From positions 1 through 64,000 of IMG/VR virus record IMGVR_UViG_3300009443_000004: a DNA stretch of 64,000 nucleotides; one strand, written 5' to 3'. The number at the start of each line of letters is the position of its first letter. Position 1 is the first letter of the stretch. This document shows positions 43,404-52,058 of this stretch, one piece after another. The position numbers and the translations under genes are program-made. The DNA is from an uncultured virus (IMG/VR IMGVR_UViG_3300009443_000004). Its lineage: Duplodnaviria; Heunggongvirae; Uroviricota; Caudoviricetes. Below the pieces are notes generated by a model that saw only the letters and a program-made list of their open reading frames with translations, did no database searches and was not told where the DNA came from.

Positions 43404-43742
43404 ATGGAAACAAATTCAGTTTATTTTAGAAAGCTCAATATCAATGAGTCAACAGGAAGTGCAACTATTATTGCATCAGATGTACCATTGATACAAAAAG
43501 CTACTACATTAGCAGGCGTTAATGTAGCAACAAGAACACAGAACAACATCACATTTGGCGTATTAAGCCTAATAGATCCAGAGACTGGACAAGTAATGCG
43601 TTCTGATCATCCAGTCATCAAACAGTTAAGTGCTAAACTTAATAGAGGTGATGAGATGAAAGGCTTCAAGCTATCTGATAATCCTGTGTTAAACCTAACA
43701 ACAGGAGAAGAATCAGGTATGTTTTGGATAGAAGCAGTGTAA
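43404..43742 (+). CDS. Early hypothetical protein, paralog B
   Basis: Paralog of 42518..42847. Confidence 0.85.
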   Translation: METNSVYFRKLNINESTGSATIIASDVPLIQKATTLAGVNVATRTQNNITFGVLSLIDPETGQVMRSDHPVIKQLSAKLNRGDEMKGFKLSDNPVLNLTTGEESGMFWIEAV

Positions 43743-43765
43743 ACCTGCAGTAAAAGGTAAAAACT

Positions 43766-43809
43766 CTACAGATCTGGTGTAACAACCAGGTTTGTAGTTG
43801 TTTTTTTTA
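43766..43809 (+). terminator. Intrinsic terminator
   Basis: CTACAGATCTGG-TGTAACAA-CCAGGTTTGTAG followed by a T-run. Confidence 0.75.
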
Positions 43810-43902
43810 TTTAAATGTGTATAGCATTATAAATGTGAGGTCTCATACCCACAATATACCACCTTTTACCACTATCATAACTATCATAGCACATTAATAT
43901 AT

Positions 43903-44095
43903 TAATATAGCTAACATAAGAGCATAAACATTAAATTGGGTATGGTACGGAGATTGACAATTGATTTGCAAGTCATGCGTCCACGTTTATCATCACTCTT
44001 ATGCTAGCTTATATTACAAGAGTAACTATTACACTCAACAATACTACATGGGTAATGTCTGTCTCTTCCTCTATAGGATAATAGACATAGTACCC
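43903..44095. other. Intergenic multi-hairpin structured element
   Basis: ~20-bp inverted repeat 43903-43922/43996-44016 and a second hairpin 44050-44095. Confidence 0.5.
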
Positions 44096-44135
44096 GGAAT
44101 CTTATTAATCAAATGTCTAAATTAAATAAACAATT

Positions 44136-44327
44136 ATGAAAATTTCATCAGTAAAGGTTTTAAGATCAGCAGCTGGATATTACATAGGTCGTACAGAGAA
44201 TGGTATGCCTTATGATAGACAGTCACGTTATCATAAAACTAAGCAAGAAGCAGAACACACATTAAAAGTAATCAAACATAACCAGGAGAGAGAATATATA
44301 TCGTATTGTAATCTCCATAATAATTAA
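44136..44327 (+). CDS. Hypothetical protein
   Basis: VLRSAAGYYIG..PYDRQSRY, a small phage protein motif. Confidence 0.7.
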   Translation: MKISSVKVLRSAAGYYIGRTENGMPYDRQSRYHKTKQEAEHTLKVIKHNQEREYISYCNLHNN

Positions 44328-44331
44328 TCTT

Positions 44332-44763
44332 ATGAAATATATATCAATATTCTTTCTCTTAGTATCTATAATGAGCTGTGAAAAAGAGCCTCTTGAAATA
44401 GTAGAGGTACAACAACCGCCTGTTGATACACTCACAGTGTATGCTGTGAATGTGGAATCATATGTATGGGATAGTGTTAATAATACTACAATCATAAATT
44501 ATAAGTATTATGCATGGGATAGCTTTGATATGCCAGTATATATGCTAGCATGGTTTGCAACAAACCCACCAACTGATACACAAAGTGATTGGTTAGAGTG
44601 GGCTATGGACACATCAAATACAAATCCGGATTACTTTATATATACTACATCAAATTACTATATGAGTCTATATGATGTATCATATTGGAATGGAGACTAT
44701 GAGTATAATCAGTTAGACTTATCAGATCTAATAATCAACGGTGATTCAATCGTACCATTATAA
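44332..44763 (+). CDS. Putative lipoprotein
   Basis: MKYISIFFLLVSIMS-C-EKE signal peptide II/lipobox. Confidence 0.7.
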   Translation: MKYISIFFLLVSIMSCEKEPLEIVEVQQPPVDTLTVYAVNVESYVWDSVNNTTIINYKYYAWDSFDMPVYMLAWFATNPPTDTQSDWLEWAMDTSNTNPDYFIYTTSNYYMSLYDVSYWNGDYEYNQLDLSDLIINGDSIVPL

Positions 44764-44798
44764 AAACAAATTAATTAATCAATAAACAATTAGAAATT

Positions 44799-45128
44799 AT
44801 GAAACATTTATTCAGGTCATTATTAAAATTATTATTCGTAGTAGTACTACCTATATTATTTATAGTAGGAGCATACATGATACTAACCATGTATGAGACA
44901 TCCGCAGTTATACTTATAACTTTACTGTTAGTAGGCATAGCAATAGTAGCTAACTCTGTTGTGTATTTAGTCTTTATGTCCAAGGTAAGAATGTTACCTA
45001 AAGCATCTATAGAAATAGTACCAATATTTGGATTTGCATTTGGTGTAGATCCTCATCACAAGATTGATGAAATCTCTTGGTTGATGCTATTACCGTTTGT
45101 ATCAATAGAATTTACATCAAAAAAGTGA
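44799..45128 (+). CDS. Membrane protein
   Basis: Two long hydrophobic segments. Confidence 0.65.
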   Translation: MKHLFRSLLKLLFVVVLPILFIVGAYMILTMYETSAVILITLLLVGIAIVANSVVYLVFMSKVRMLPKASIEIVPIFGFAFGVDPHHKIDEISWLMLLPFVSIEFTSKK

Positions 45129-45291
45129 ACCACAGTTCATACAAACAGTACCAGTAGTTAGTTATATATAATATATACTACTGTAGTTAGGCCTTGTAGA
45201 ATAAAATAATGAGTGGTGGGCAAAATGGATAGTAATAATACCTTTTATATAATTGTTTAGGGTTGCGTTACTATCCATACTTGTTACTCTA

Positions 45292-45313
45292 ACTGCTCCC
45301 TTCCTCACTTATG
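45292..45313 (+). promoter_or_regulatory. Phage promoter-like motif copy 4
   Basis: ACTGCTCCCTTCC-TCACT-TATG. Confidence 0.65.
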
Positions 45314-45346
45314 GAATAAATTAAATAATAATCAATTAAAATAATC

Positions 45347-45874
45347 ATGGCAAATCAATTTAAGATCAATGAGATCATAGTAAATAACATATTAAAAAAT
45401 GTTTTAATACCAAACACACCGTGTAATAATGAACATATATTCAATATTATAATGAGAGAGTTACCAGATCATGCTAAAGAGATTATATTACATCTAAGTT
45501 TATCTAAAGATGAGTATAATACTGTTAGTATAGGTGATTTTGTAACATTAGAACCATTAAGTTACCACCCAGGATCAGAGTTTGAATGGGATATACTTGA
45601 AGATATGGGCCTAAGCCCAGGTAATGGAAGAGTATATGGTAAAGTCACAGGTGATTCATCATGGGGTAATGATAAGTTTAACCCATTTTATAGCTCTATC
45701 AAAGTAGATTTATTCTATCATGATAAACAAAAGAAGCTAAAAACATATGATCATCAAGTAAATCCATTAGATTTGACCAAGGTTAATGAGTCTGATATAA
45801 AATATTTTGATATATTAGATACAGACGTAGTTATAAATCAAGAGGAATTATTTCCAGAAGATAAAACAGATTAA
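45347..45874 (+). CDS. Hypothetical protein
   Basis: 175-aa ORF. Confidence 0.7.
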   Translation: MANQFKINEIIVNNILKNVLIPNTPCNNEHIFNIIMRELPDHAKEIILHLSLSKDEYNTVSIGDFVTLEPLSYHPGSEFEWDILEDMGLSPGNGRVYGKVTGDSSWGNDKFNPFYSSIKVDLFYHDKQKKLKTYDHQVNPLDLTKVNESDIKYFDILDTDVVINQEELFPEDKTD

Positions 45875-45875
45875 A

Positions 45876-46088
45876 ATGGCAGATATATCAATGGAGTTAC
45901 TACAAAGTGAACAAAAAGCATGGCGTGCATTAGATAATGCATTAAACCGTGTAGATGGAAAGAATATGTCTTTTGGGAGATATATGAATAATAAGTATAA
46001 TATGGGTAATGACACACTTGCTAATGAAGAAAGTGAGTCTTTGGCCGTACTTATACTATTAAAGGACCATGTCAAAGAAATCAGATAG
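45876..46088 (+). CDS. Hypothetical protein
   Basis: 70-aa ORF in operon. Confidence 0.6.
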   Translation: MADISMELLQSEQKAWRALDNALNRVDGKNMSFGRYMNNKYNMGNDTLANEESESLAVLILLKDHVKEIR

Positions 46089-46320
46089 ATTTGGCATAGT
46101 TAAGTATAAAGTCTTGTCAGATCCCAATTTATCTATTCAAGCAAAAGGGTTATATAGTCTCATAGCATGTTATGCAGATAAAAACCGTGAAGCATATCCG
46201 TCTGCTTCAACACTTGCTGACTCAATGGATGTATCACAAAGATATGTCTTTAAGCTCTTAAAAGAGTTGAGACAGCATAATTACATAAAAAGAGTAAAAG
46301 GCAAACTAGTTATTATTTAA
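46069..46320 (+). CDS. Helix-turn-helix protein (HTH_36-like)
   Basis: LSIQAKGLY..AYPSASTLAD..VS.R.V.K.LKEL. Confidence 0.75.
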   Translation: MSKKSDRFGIVKYKVLSDPNLSIQAKGLYSLIACYADKNREAYPSASTLADSMDVSQRYVFKLLKELRQHNYIKRVKGKLVII

Positions 46321-46419
46321 GTGATAGCTATATAAGTGCAGTTTATTTTTGAATTTAACTAATAATTTCTTATAATTAGTGAGCCAAGGTAAGTTATATT
46401 TATATCTTTGTTAATAGAT

Positions 46420-46686
46420 ATGATAGTACAACTACCCAATGGCCGTATAATTGAGTGCTCAGTAGAGCAATACCTCTCGTTAACTGATGATGAGGTAAAA
46501 GATCTTAATGGCTTAAGTTCAGCATACACAAAAGAAGTGGTTAATCCCTTTTATAATGCTTTCTCAGGTAAAACAGTAGTAGTAGACTATGAACTAGAGT
46601 TCATAGATGAAAATGAACCTGCATTAGATGAGATAGAAGCATATGAAAAGCTTGATGACCCATATTTTCATTCAGATGACGTGTAG
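46420..46686 (+). CDS. Hypothetical protein
   Basis: MIVQLPNGRII; ATG 10 nt after TATCTTTG. Confidence 0.65.
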   Translation: MIVQLPNGRIIECSVEQYLSLTDDEVKDLNGLSSAYTKEVVNPFYNAFSGKTVVVDYELEFIDENEPALDEIEAYEKLDDPYFHSDDV

Positions 46687-46727
46687 TCATCACAAAATCA
46701 ATTATTAATTTTTTAAAATCAAAAAAA

Positions 46728-47345
46728 ATGCAAAGCAAAGTCAATGTATGTGCAGATGACATGGGTAATGTTATCAATCAATCAAAAAACAATTCAGAGT
46801 ATGGTTATGTAAGACTGCAACAAGTTAGAGTTACATTTGGTAACAATGGCTGGGTTAAAAAGTCTAATGTATCAACGTTACTACAGGGTAAGGTAGAAGA
46901 CTTACAATCCCTAAACTTTAAAGCAGGTGATGAAATAGCTGGTAAGATTGTTATCAAAGAACAATTAGATCCATTTAATTCTAATGATCCTGAAAGAGAT
47001 TATAAATATGCAGGTGATACTGGTATAGTATGCTGTGTTGATGGTCAACCTATATATAGGAAAGCAATGTTTACAGCTGATACAACAGCTCAAGACGTGC
47101 TAATAGCTCACACTAATGGGCAAGACATCAAAGATGCTAATGGTACTAGCAGTGCAAAATCTAATTCTATAAGTGTACCTGCAGCTAGTGTAGAAGAAGC
47201 ATTTGATATTAAAACAGAAGGTTTTGATAATTCTACAGTAGATGATGTAGATGATTTAGAAGAAAGCAATGATACTGAGACAGAAGAAGTTACTGATAAA
47301 GTAGAAGAACTTGTAGAAGAAGAGGCTGAAACCTTTGAACTATAA
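46728..47345 (+). CDS. Hypothetical protein with acidic tail (possible ssDNA-binding protein)
   Basis: Beta-rich N-terminus, acidic C-terminus ending FEL. Confidence 0.45.
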   Translation: MQSKVNVCADDMGNVINQSKNNSEYGYVRLQQVRVTFGNNGWVKKSNVSTLLQGKVEDLQSLNFKAGDEIAGKIVIKEQLDPFNSNDPERDYKYAGDTGIVCCVDGQPIYRKAMFTADTTAQDVLIAHTNGQDIKDANGTSSAKSNSISVPAASVEEAFDIKTEGFDNSTVDDVDDLEESNDTETEEVTDKVEELVEEEAETFEL

Positions 47346-47376
47346 GAGTAGTTATTAATAATTTGTTTGGTTAAAA

Positions 47377-47415
47377 GGGGTTGTGTAAGTTTTTTAAGTA
47401 ATTCTTATACAACCC
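47377..47415 (+). terminator. Hairpin/terminator
   Basis: GGGTTGTGTAAG/CTTATACAACCC. Confidence 0.5.
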
Positions 47416-47427
47416 TAATTAACTTTA

Positions 47428-47449
47428 ACTACTCCCTTCCTCAAATATG
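47428..47449 (+). promoter_or_regulatory. Phage promoter-like motif copy 5
   Basis: ACTACTCCCTTCC-TCAAA-TATG. Confidence 0.6.
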
Positions 47450-47487
47450 AGGACAACCTTTTACTAATCAATAACAACTAAACAATT

Positions 47488-48024
47488 ATGCTATCTCAGG
47501 AACAATTAGAACAACTTCAACAACAACAACAACTAGACAATCTTTCCAGAAGGGAAGAACGTTACAGCTACTTTGGTATATTAGCTGAATATCAGCTTCA
47601 TCCGCCATCATTAGTAAACTCTTTAAGTTACACCAAGCTAAATCCGTATCAACATTTTTTGTTTAAACGTGTACTTCATGGCCTTAAGGTTTATAAACCT
47701 GAAGAAGTTAGGAAGCTACATTGGGACAAGAAACGTAGAATAACTAAGGTTTGGAAACGTGGACAGAGAGAGATAAATGCTTGGAAGCAAACTATTTGTA
47801 ATAAGCGTGTAAATGCTTATCTTAGCAATACATTCAAGCATTCTCCATTAGCACAGTATATTGCAAATATACCAGCTAGTGAAGTATTAGATGATTACAC
47901 TAACACTATGAGTTTCAAAGAGTTAGGTATGACTTATGAGGATGTAATATTAAAATTTATGTCTTTGGGATTACTCCCTAAAAACTATTTAGAACTAAAA
48001 AATGAGCATCAAAAAAGTGTCTAA
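47488..48024 (+). CDS. Hypothetical protein
   Basis: 178-aa ORF. Confidence 0.7.
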   Translation: MLSQEQLEQLQQQQQLDNLSRREERYSYFGILAEYQLHPPSLVNSLSYTKLNPYQHFLFKRVLHGLKVYKPEEVRKLHWDKKRRITKVWKRGQREINAWKQTICNKRVNAYLSNTFKHSPLAQYIANIPASEVLDDYTNTMSFKELGMTYEDVILKFMSLGLLPKNYLELKNEHQKSV

Positions 48025-48271
48025 AAAAATGTCTAAATTAAATACTGCCTATTCTAAAAAGCGTAGGCAGTATTTAACGGACAAACCAATGTGTCATGCA
48101 AAGATCCATAAGTGTTCTTTGCAGGCTACTGATGTACATCATAAACATGGACGTGGCGTATACTACTTGGATACATCTACATGGTTACCAGTTTGCAGAA
48201 ACTGTCACATGTGGATAGAAGAACACCCAGCTGAAGCCTATGAATTAGGTTTCTCAGGCTCAAGATCATAA
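48002..48271 (+). CDS. Small HNH-like endonuclease
   Basis: C..C..ATDVHH..GR...LPVCRNCH. Confidence 0.7.
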   Translation: MSIKKVSKKMSKLNTAYSKKRRQYLTDKPMCHAKIHKCSLQATDVHHKHGRGVYYLDTSTWLPVCRNCHMWIEEHPAEAYELGFSGSRS

Positions 48272-48277
48272 CTTTAT

Positions 48278-48354
48278 GGTCCTATAGCTCAACTGGATAG
48301 AGCAACAGCCTTCTAAGCTGTAGGTTCTAGGTTCAAATCCTAGTGGGATCACCA
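48278..48354 (+). tRNA. tRNA-Arg(TCT)
   Basis: Cloverleaf, anticodon loop CTTCTAA, GTTCAAATC T-loop, encoded CCA. Confidence 0.93.
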
Positions 48355-48443
48355 GGCCGGATGATGGAATTGGTAGACATGACAGACTTAAAATCTGTTG
48401 AACTGGATAGTTCGTGTGGGTTCAAGTCCCACTCCGGCTACCA
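48355..48443 (+). tRNA. tRNA-Leu(TAA)
   Basis: GGCCGGA/TCCGGCT acceptor, loop CTTAAAA, long variable arm, CCA. Confidence 0.93.
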
Positions 48444-48517
48444 GGACTCTTAGCTCAGTTGGTCAGAGCACTCCGCTCATAACGGATAGGTCATAGGTTC
48501 AAGTCCTATAGGGTCCA
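48444..48517 (+). tRNA. tRNA with CAT anticodon (Ile2 or Met)
   Basis: GGACTCT/AGGGTCC acceptor, loop CTCATAA; ends ACCT rather than ACCA. Confidence 0.88.
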
Positions 48518-48533
48518 CCTTAAATGTAACATT

Positions 48534-48629
48534 ATGAAAAACAAATTAATTAGAATACTAACCTGGACATTAGTTCTGGCAACAACAATTATTATATGGC
48601 AAAAAATATTCAGTTGGATTACTCTGTAA
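48534..48629 (+). CDS. Small membrane peptide (31 aa)
   Basis: MKNKLIRILTWTLVLATTIIIWQKIFSWITL; below the ORF-track size cutoff. Confidence 0.4.
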   Translation: MKNKLIRILTWTLVLATTIIIWQKIFSWITL

Positions 48630-49726
48630 ATAATAGACATGTAGTTCAACTAGAAGCATTAAATATAGCAGCTCAGCATAAAAGATGTGGTCTGGGCATT
48701 TCTATGGGTGTTGGTAAAACACGTATAGCTATACAACACCTTCAAAGGAACTTTAATCCTTTTGTACAGGCTTTAGTAGTAATACCTAAACATTCAGTAT
48801 CTCAATCATGGATAGATGAATTAGGTAAGATGAAAGTTGAAAAGTTAGTTAAGCATATAACGTTTACTACTTATCTATCATTAAAAAAACACAATCCAAA
48901 TGACTATGATATAGTTTATTTAGATGAGTGTCACTCATTACTACCAGGTCATGAAATATTCTTATCACAGTTTCAAGGTAAAATATTAGGTTTAACAGGT
49001 ACACCACCAAGAGATAAGAAGTCTGTAAAAGGCATGCTTGTAAACAAGTATTGTCCAATCAGATATACCTTTGATGTAGATGATGCAACAGAAAGTAATA
49101 TACTTAATGATTATAAGATAATTATACATGAGTTAGAGCTATCTGGTTTGCCTACATTGAAAAAGAAAAATAAAAATGGTGGGCACTGGTTTACTAATGA
49201 GAAGAAAGATTATGATTATTGTAATGGTAGAGTGGCAGAGGCACAGTCTCCTAAACAAATGCAATTTGCAAGGATCATGAGAATGAGAGCTTTGATGGAT
49301 TATCCAACTAAAGAATCATATGTAAAATCTATGGTTAAGAATATAGAGGATAAGTGTATAGTATTTGCTAATACACAAAAGCAGGCAGACCGTATCAGTA
49401 AGCATAGTTATCATTCAGGTAACCCTAAGTCAGAAGAAAATTTAGAATTATTTTCAGATGGAAGGATACACACTCTATCATGTGTGTTACAGTTATCAGA
49501 AGGTGTTACAATACCAAGGTTAAAACAAGGTATTATTATGCATGCATATGGTAATGAAAAGAAAACAGCACAAAGGATAGGTAGATTACTTAGATTAAAT
49601 CCAACTGAGACAGCAATATGTCATATATTGTGTTACAAAAATACTCAAGATGTAAACTGGGTGTCATCTGCACTTAAATCCTTTGATCAATCTAAAATTA
49701 AACGTTATAACCCTTTAAACAGATAA
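48596..49726 (+). CDS. Superfamily 2 (DExH) helicase
   Basis: MGVGKT, DECH, GLTGT, QRIGR. Confidence 0.9.
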   Translation: MAKNIQLDYSVNNRHVVQLEALNIAAQHKRCGLGISMGVGKTRIAIQHLQRNFNPFVQALVVIPKHSVSQSWIDELGKMKVEKLVKHITFTTYLSLKKHNPNDYDIVYLDECHSLLPGHEIFLSQFQGKILGLTGTPPRDKKSVKGMLVNKYCPIRYTFDVDDATESNILNDYKIIIHELELSGLPTLKKKNKNGGHWFTNEKKDYDYCNGRVAEAQSPKQMQFARIMRMRALMDYPTKESYVKSMVKNIEDKCIVFANTQKQADRISKHSYHSGNPKSEENLELFSDGRIHTLSCVLQLSEGVTIPRLKQGIIMHAYGNEKKTAQRIGRLLRLNPTETAICHILCYKNTQDVNWVSSALKSFDQSKIKRYNPLNR

Positions 49727-49730
49727 AATT

Positions 49731-49970
49731 ATGGGAAGAATGAAAGAGCTCTTTATTGAGCAACAAGAAGAATTAGAGTACCGTGGTACGCATGATGCAA
49801 TGATACACGGACTATCAAGAAAAGCAATTGAAGAGTATATAGATACCCATGATGAAACTCCATGCCCAAACTGTGGTGACCCAGCATTAATCAGAAATGA
49901 ATCTAATGCTAAGTGCACAGAGTGTGCTCAGGAGTTTGTTTATGTTGGAGATGCCTTAAGATTTTTGTGA
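49731..49970 (+). CDS. Zn-ribbon hypothetical protein
   Basis: CPNC...CTEC. Confidence 0.65.
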   Translation: MGRMKELFIEQQEELEYRGTHDAMIHGLSRKAIEEYIDTHDETPCPNCGDPALIRNESNAKCTECAQEFVYVGDALRFL

Positions 49971-50218
49971 TGAGTGAAATAGATTTAATAACAGACTCAG
50001 GAGAAACTGTATGTATACAGTATTCTTATGATCCAGGAGAACCAGACCAATGGTATGATTCTAATGGAGATCCTGGAACACCTGGATATGGGCCATCTGT
50101 AGAGGTACATCACGTATGGTATATTACTAAAGATAGAGTGGGTAACCTTGTATCTGTAGACGTGCAAGATTTATTAGAAGAAGACTTTGAAGAAAGAATA
50201 TTAGAAACACATGAATAA
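49970..50218 (+). CDS. Hypothetical protein
   Basis: Likely start MSEIDL coupled to the upstream stop. Confidence 0.6.
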   Translation: MSEIDLITDSGETVCIQYSYDPGEPDQWYDSNGDPGTPGYGPSVEVHHVWYITKDRVGNLVSVDVQDLLEEDFEERILETHE

Positions 50219-50351
50219 TATAATTATAAAGGATATAATTAATCTATTAGATAATGTAGATACTTTACCAGGTTCCTCAAGAAGGAACTTGGAAGTAGCT
50301 ATTGAGATATTAGAAGCACAACTAAAAAAAAATACAAATGAAAGATCTTAA
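50211..50351 (+). CDS. Small hypothetical protein (46 aa)
   Basis: Fills the gap and overlaps neighbours in coupled fashion. Confidence 0.45.
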   Translation: MNNIIIKDIINLLDNVDTLPGSSRRNLEVAIEILEAQLKKNTNERS

Positions 50352-50493
50352 AAAAATACATGATGGATTAAAGCATCATAACCAAGGTAGAACACGTGAA
50401 AAGATGGAACAAACCTACAAAATTATAGAATATGTAGCCTGGATGTTTGTTATAGGTATTGCAGTACTAATTGTACATAACTTAATAAAATGA
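50338..50493 (+). CDS. Small membrane protein (51 aa)
   Basis: MKDLKKIHDG...VAWMFVIGIAVLIV; ATGA overlap with the next gene. Confidence 0.5.
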   Translation: MKDLKKIHDGLKHHNQGRTREKMEQTYKIIEYVAWMFVIGIAVLIVHNLIK

Positions 50494-50873
50494 AAGATCA
50501 GTTATTTATAGAAGGTACAGTAAAAGATGGAAAGTTACATTTTCCTATAAAAGCATTCAAGAATAAATATGAAGGCTTCTTCAAGGACCATAAGGATGGT
50601 GCAAGAGTAGAGATATTTATTGGTATACAAGATGGTAAAGGTAGTAATCCACAGTTAGCTAGAGTACACGCAATGATACGTGAGATAGCAAATGAACTTG
50701 GTTATACCTTTGAAGAGGTAAAGTTACAAGTAAAAAGAAAAGCAGGCTTATGCTTTATGAAAAACAATAAAGAATATTGTAAATCATTTGCTAAGTGTGA
50801 TAAAGAAGAATTGAATCTTGCTATACAAGCAGCTTTAGAAATAGGTGACTTTGCAGGTATGCAATTAAGATGA
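50490..50873 (+). CDS. NinB-like/hypothetical protein
   Basis: QLARVHAMIREIA..LGYTFEEVK motif. Confidence 0.5.
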   Translation: MKDQLFIEGTVKDGKLHFPIKAFKNKYEGFFKDHKDGARVEIFIGIQDGKGSNPQLARVHAMIREIANELGYTFEEVKLQVKRKAGLCFMKNNKEYCKSFAKCDKEELNLAIQAALEIGDFAGMQLR

Positions 50874-51287
50874 TTTCATTTCATCTAGCTTAACAGCTAA
50901 TTTTTGTAGCATCTCCGTTGGGTTGTTAGTCTCTTCTTTAAGATCAGACACAACTTTAGCAAAGTCATTTTCAGTTACTTTAAGGTCTTCATACTGTTCA
51001 AGCCCTTGCTCTTTTGCAAAAGCCTTGAATATATTAATGATAGAATATAAAGTATATAGTTCACTCTCAATTGGAGTAAACTGTCTATTTTTGAGCTTGG
51101 CTTTTTCAGGCTCCATAATTGTTTCATTGAAGTCTTGTATAAGTATACCAAATTTGCTAGCATCTGGATAGAATTCAAGAAGGTATCTACCATATATTGC
51201 TTGTAGTCCTGAGATAAAAGCAGGATTAATATCTGCTACTAAGTTTTTAGTAGTATCATAAGTGATGAATTGTTTTTTATCTGACAT
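50865..51287 (-). CDS. Hypothetical protein, counter-oriented
   Basis: 140 aa with its own TATCTTTG at 51307-51314. Confidence 0.7.
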   Translation of the reverse strand: MSDKKQFITYDTTKNLVADINPAFISGLQAIYGRYLLEFYPDASKFGILIQDFNETIMEPEKAKLKNRQFTPIESELYTLYSIINIFKAFAKEQGLEQYEDLKVTENDFAKVVSDLKEETNNPTEMLQKLAVKLDEMKSS

Positions 51288-51331
51288 AGTAACTGTATTA
51301 ATTAATCAAAGATACAAAAAAGAAATAGAAT

Positions 51332-52021
51332 ATGAATAATAACTTAATAGAAATTGACATAGAACAATTAAGAAATGATGTCAATAATAAATTAGAAGAT
51401 TCAGGATGGGCACCTATGCTCTCACCATTTATAAATGGACTTGAGTTTGATATGATCATGAATAAACTAGTAGAATGTGTAAATGCAGAGAAAAGATTTA
51501 CACCAAGATTTAAAGATATATTTAATGCATTCTTAGAATGTCCATATGATGAACTTAAATGTATAATCATAGGGCAAGATCCATATCCTCAGCTTGGAGT
51601 TGCAGATGGTATAGCTTTTAGCTGTAGCAGAAAAGGTAAAGCAGAAAAGTCTTTACAATACATAAACAAAGCAATTGGTACAGACCACACTGATCTAAGG
51701 TGTTGGGCTAACCAGGGTGTATTATTAATTAATACAGCTTTTACAGTAGAGATAAATTCTATAGGGTCACATTATTCTATATGGAAACCATTTACAGAAT
51801 ACTTGTTTGAAAATATAAATAGACACAATAAACAAGTACCATCTATATTAATGGGTAAGAAAGCAGAAGCATGGCAACTACTATTAGATAGACAAAAAAT
51901 ATTTAAGGTAGCACACCCGGCATCAGCTGCATATAGAGGTGGTGAATGGGACTGTAAAGATGTCTTTAACAAAGTTAATACAGAACTAGAAAATCAAGAT
52001 AAACCTTGCATAGATTGGTAA
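51332..52021 (+). CDS. ung: Uracil-DNA glycosylase (family 1)
   Basis: GQDPY, ADGIAFS, QGVLLIN, HPAS. Confidence 0.95.
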   Translation: MNNNLIEIDIEQLRNDVNNKLEDSGWAPMLSPFINGLEFDMIMNKLVECVNAEKRFTPRFKDIFNAFLECPYDELKCIIIGQDPYPQLGVADGIAFSCSRKGKAEKSLQYINKAIGTDHTDLRCWANQGVLLINTAFTVEINSIGSHYSIWKPFTEYLFENINRHNKQVPSILMGKKAEAWQLLLDRQKIFKVAHPASAAYRGGEWDCKDVFNKVNTELENQDKPCIDW

Positions 52022-52058
52022 ATTTTACTATCTTTGATAACCTTTAATTATAATATAA

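Noticed and set aside
42437..47449. Repeated ACTGCTCCC motif as a CRISPR array or mobile-element ends
   Set aside because: Irregular spacing from ~170 bp to several kb with genes in between; no cas or transposase genes
48355..48443. tRNA as an ochre suppressor explaining the TAA at 7958
   Set aside because: Loop CTTAAAA puts TAA at positions 34-36 (reads UUA, Leu); an ochre suppressor would need TTA
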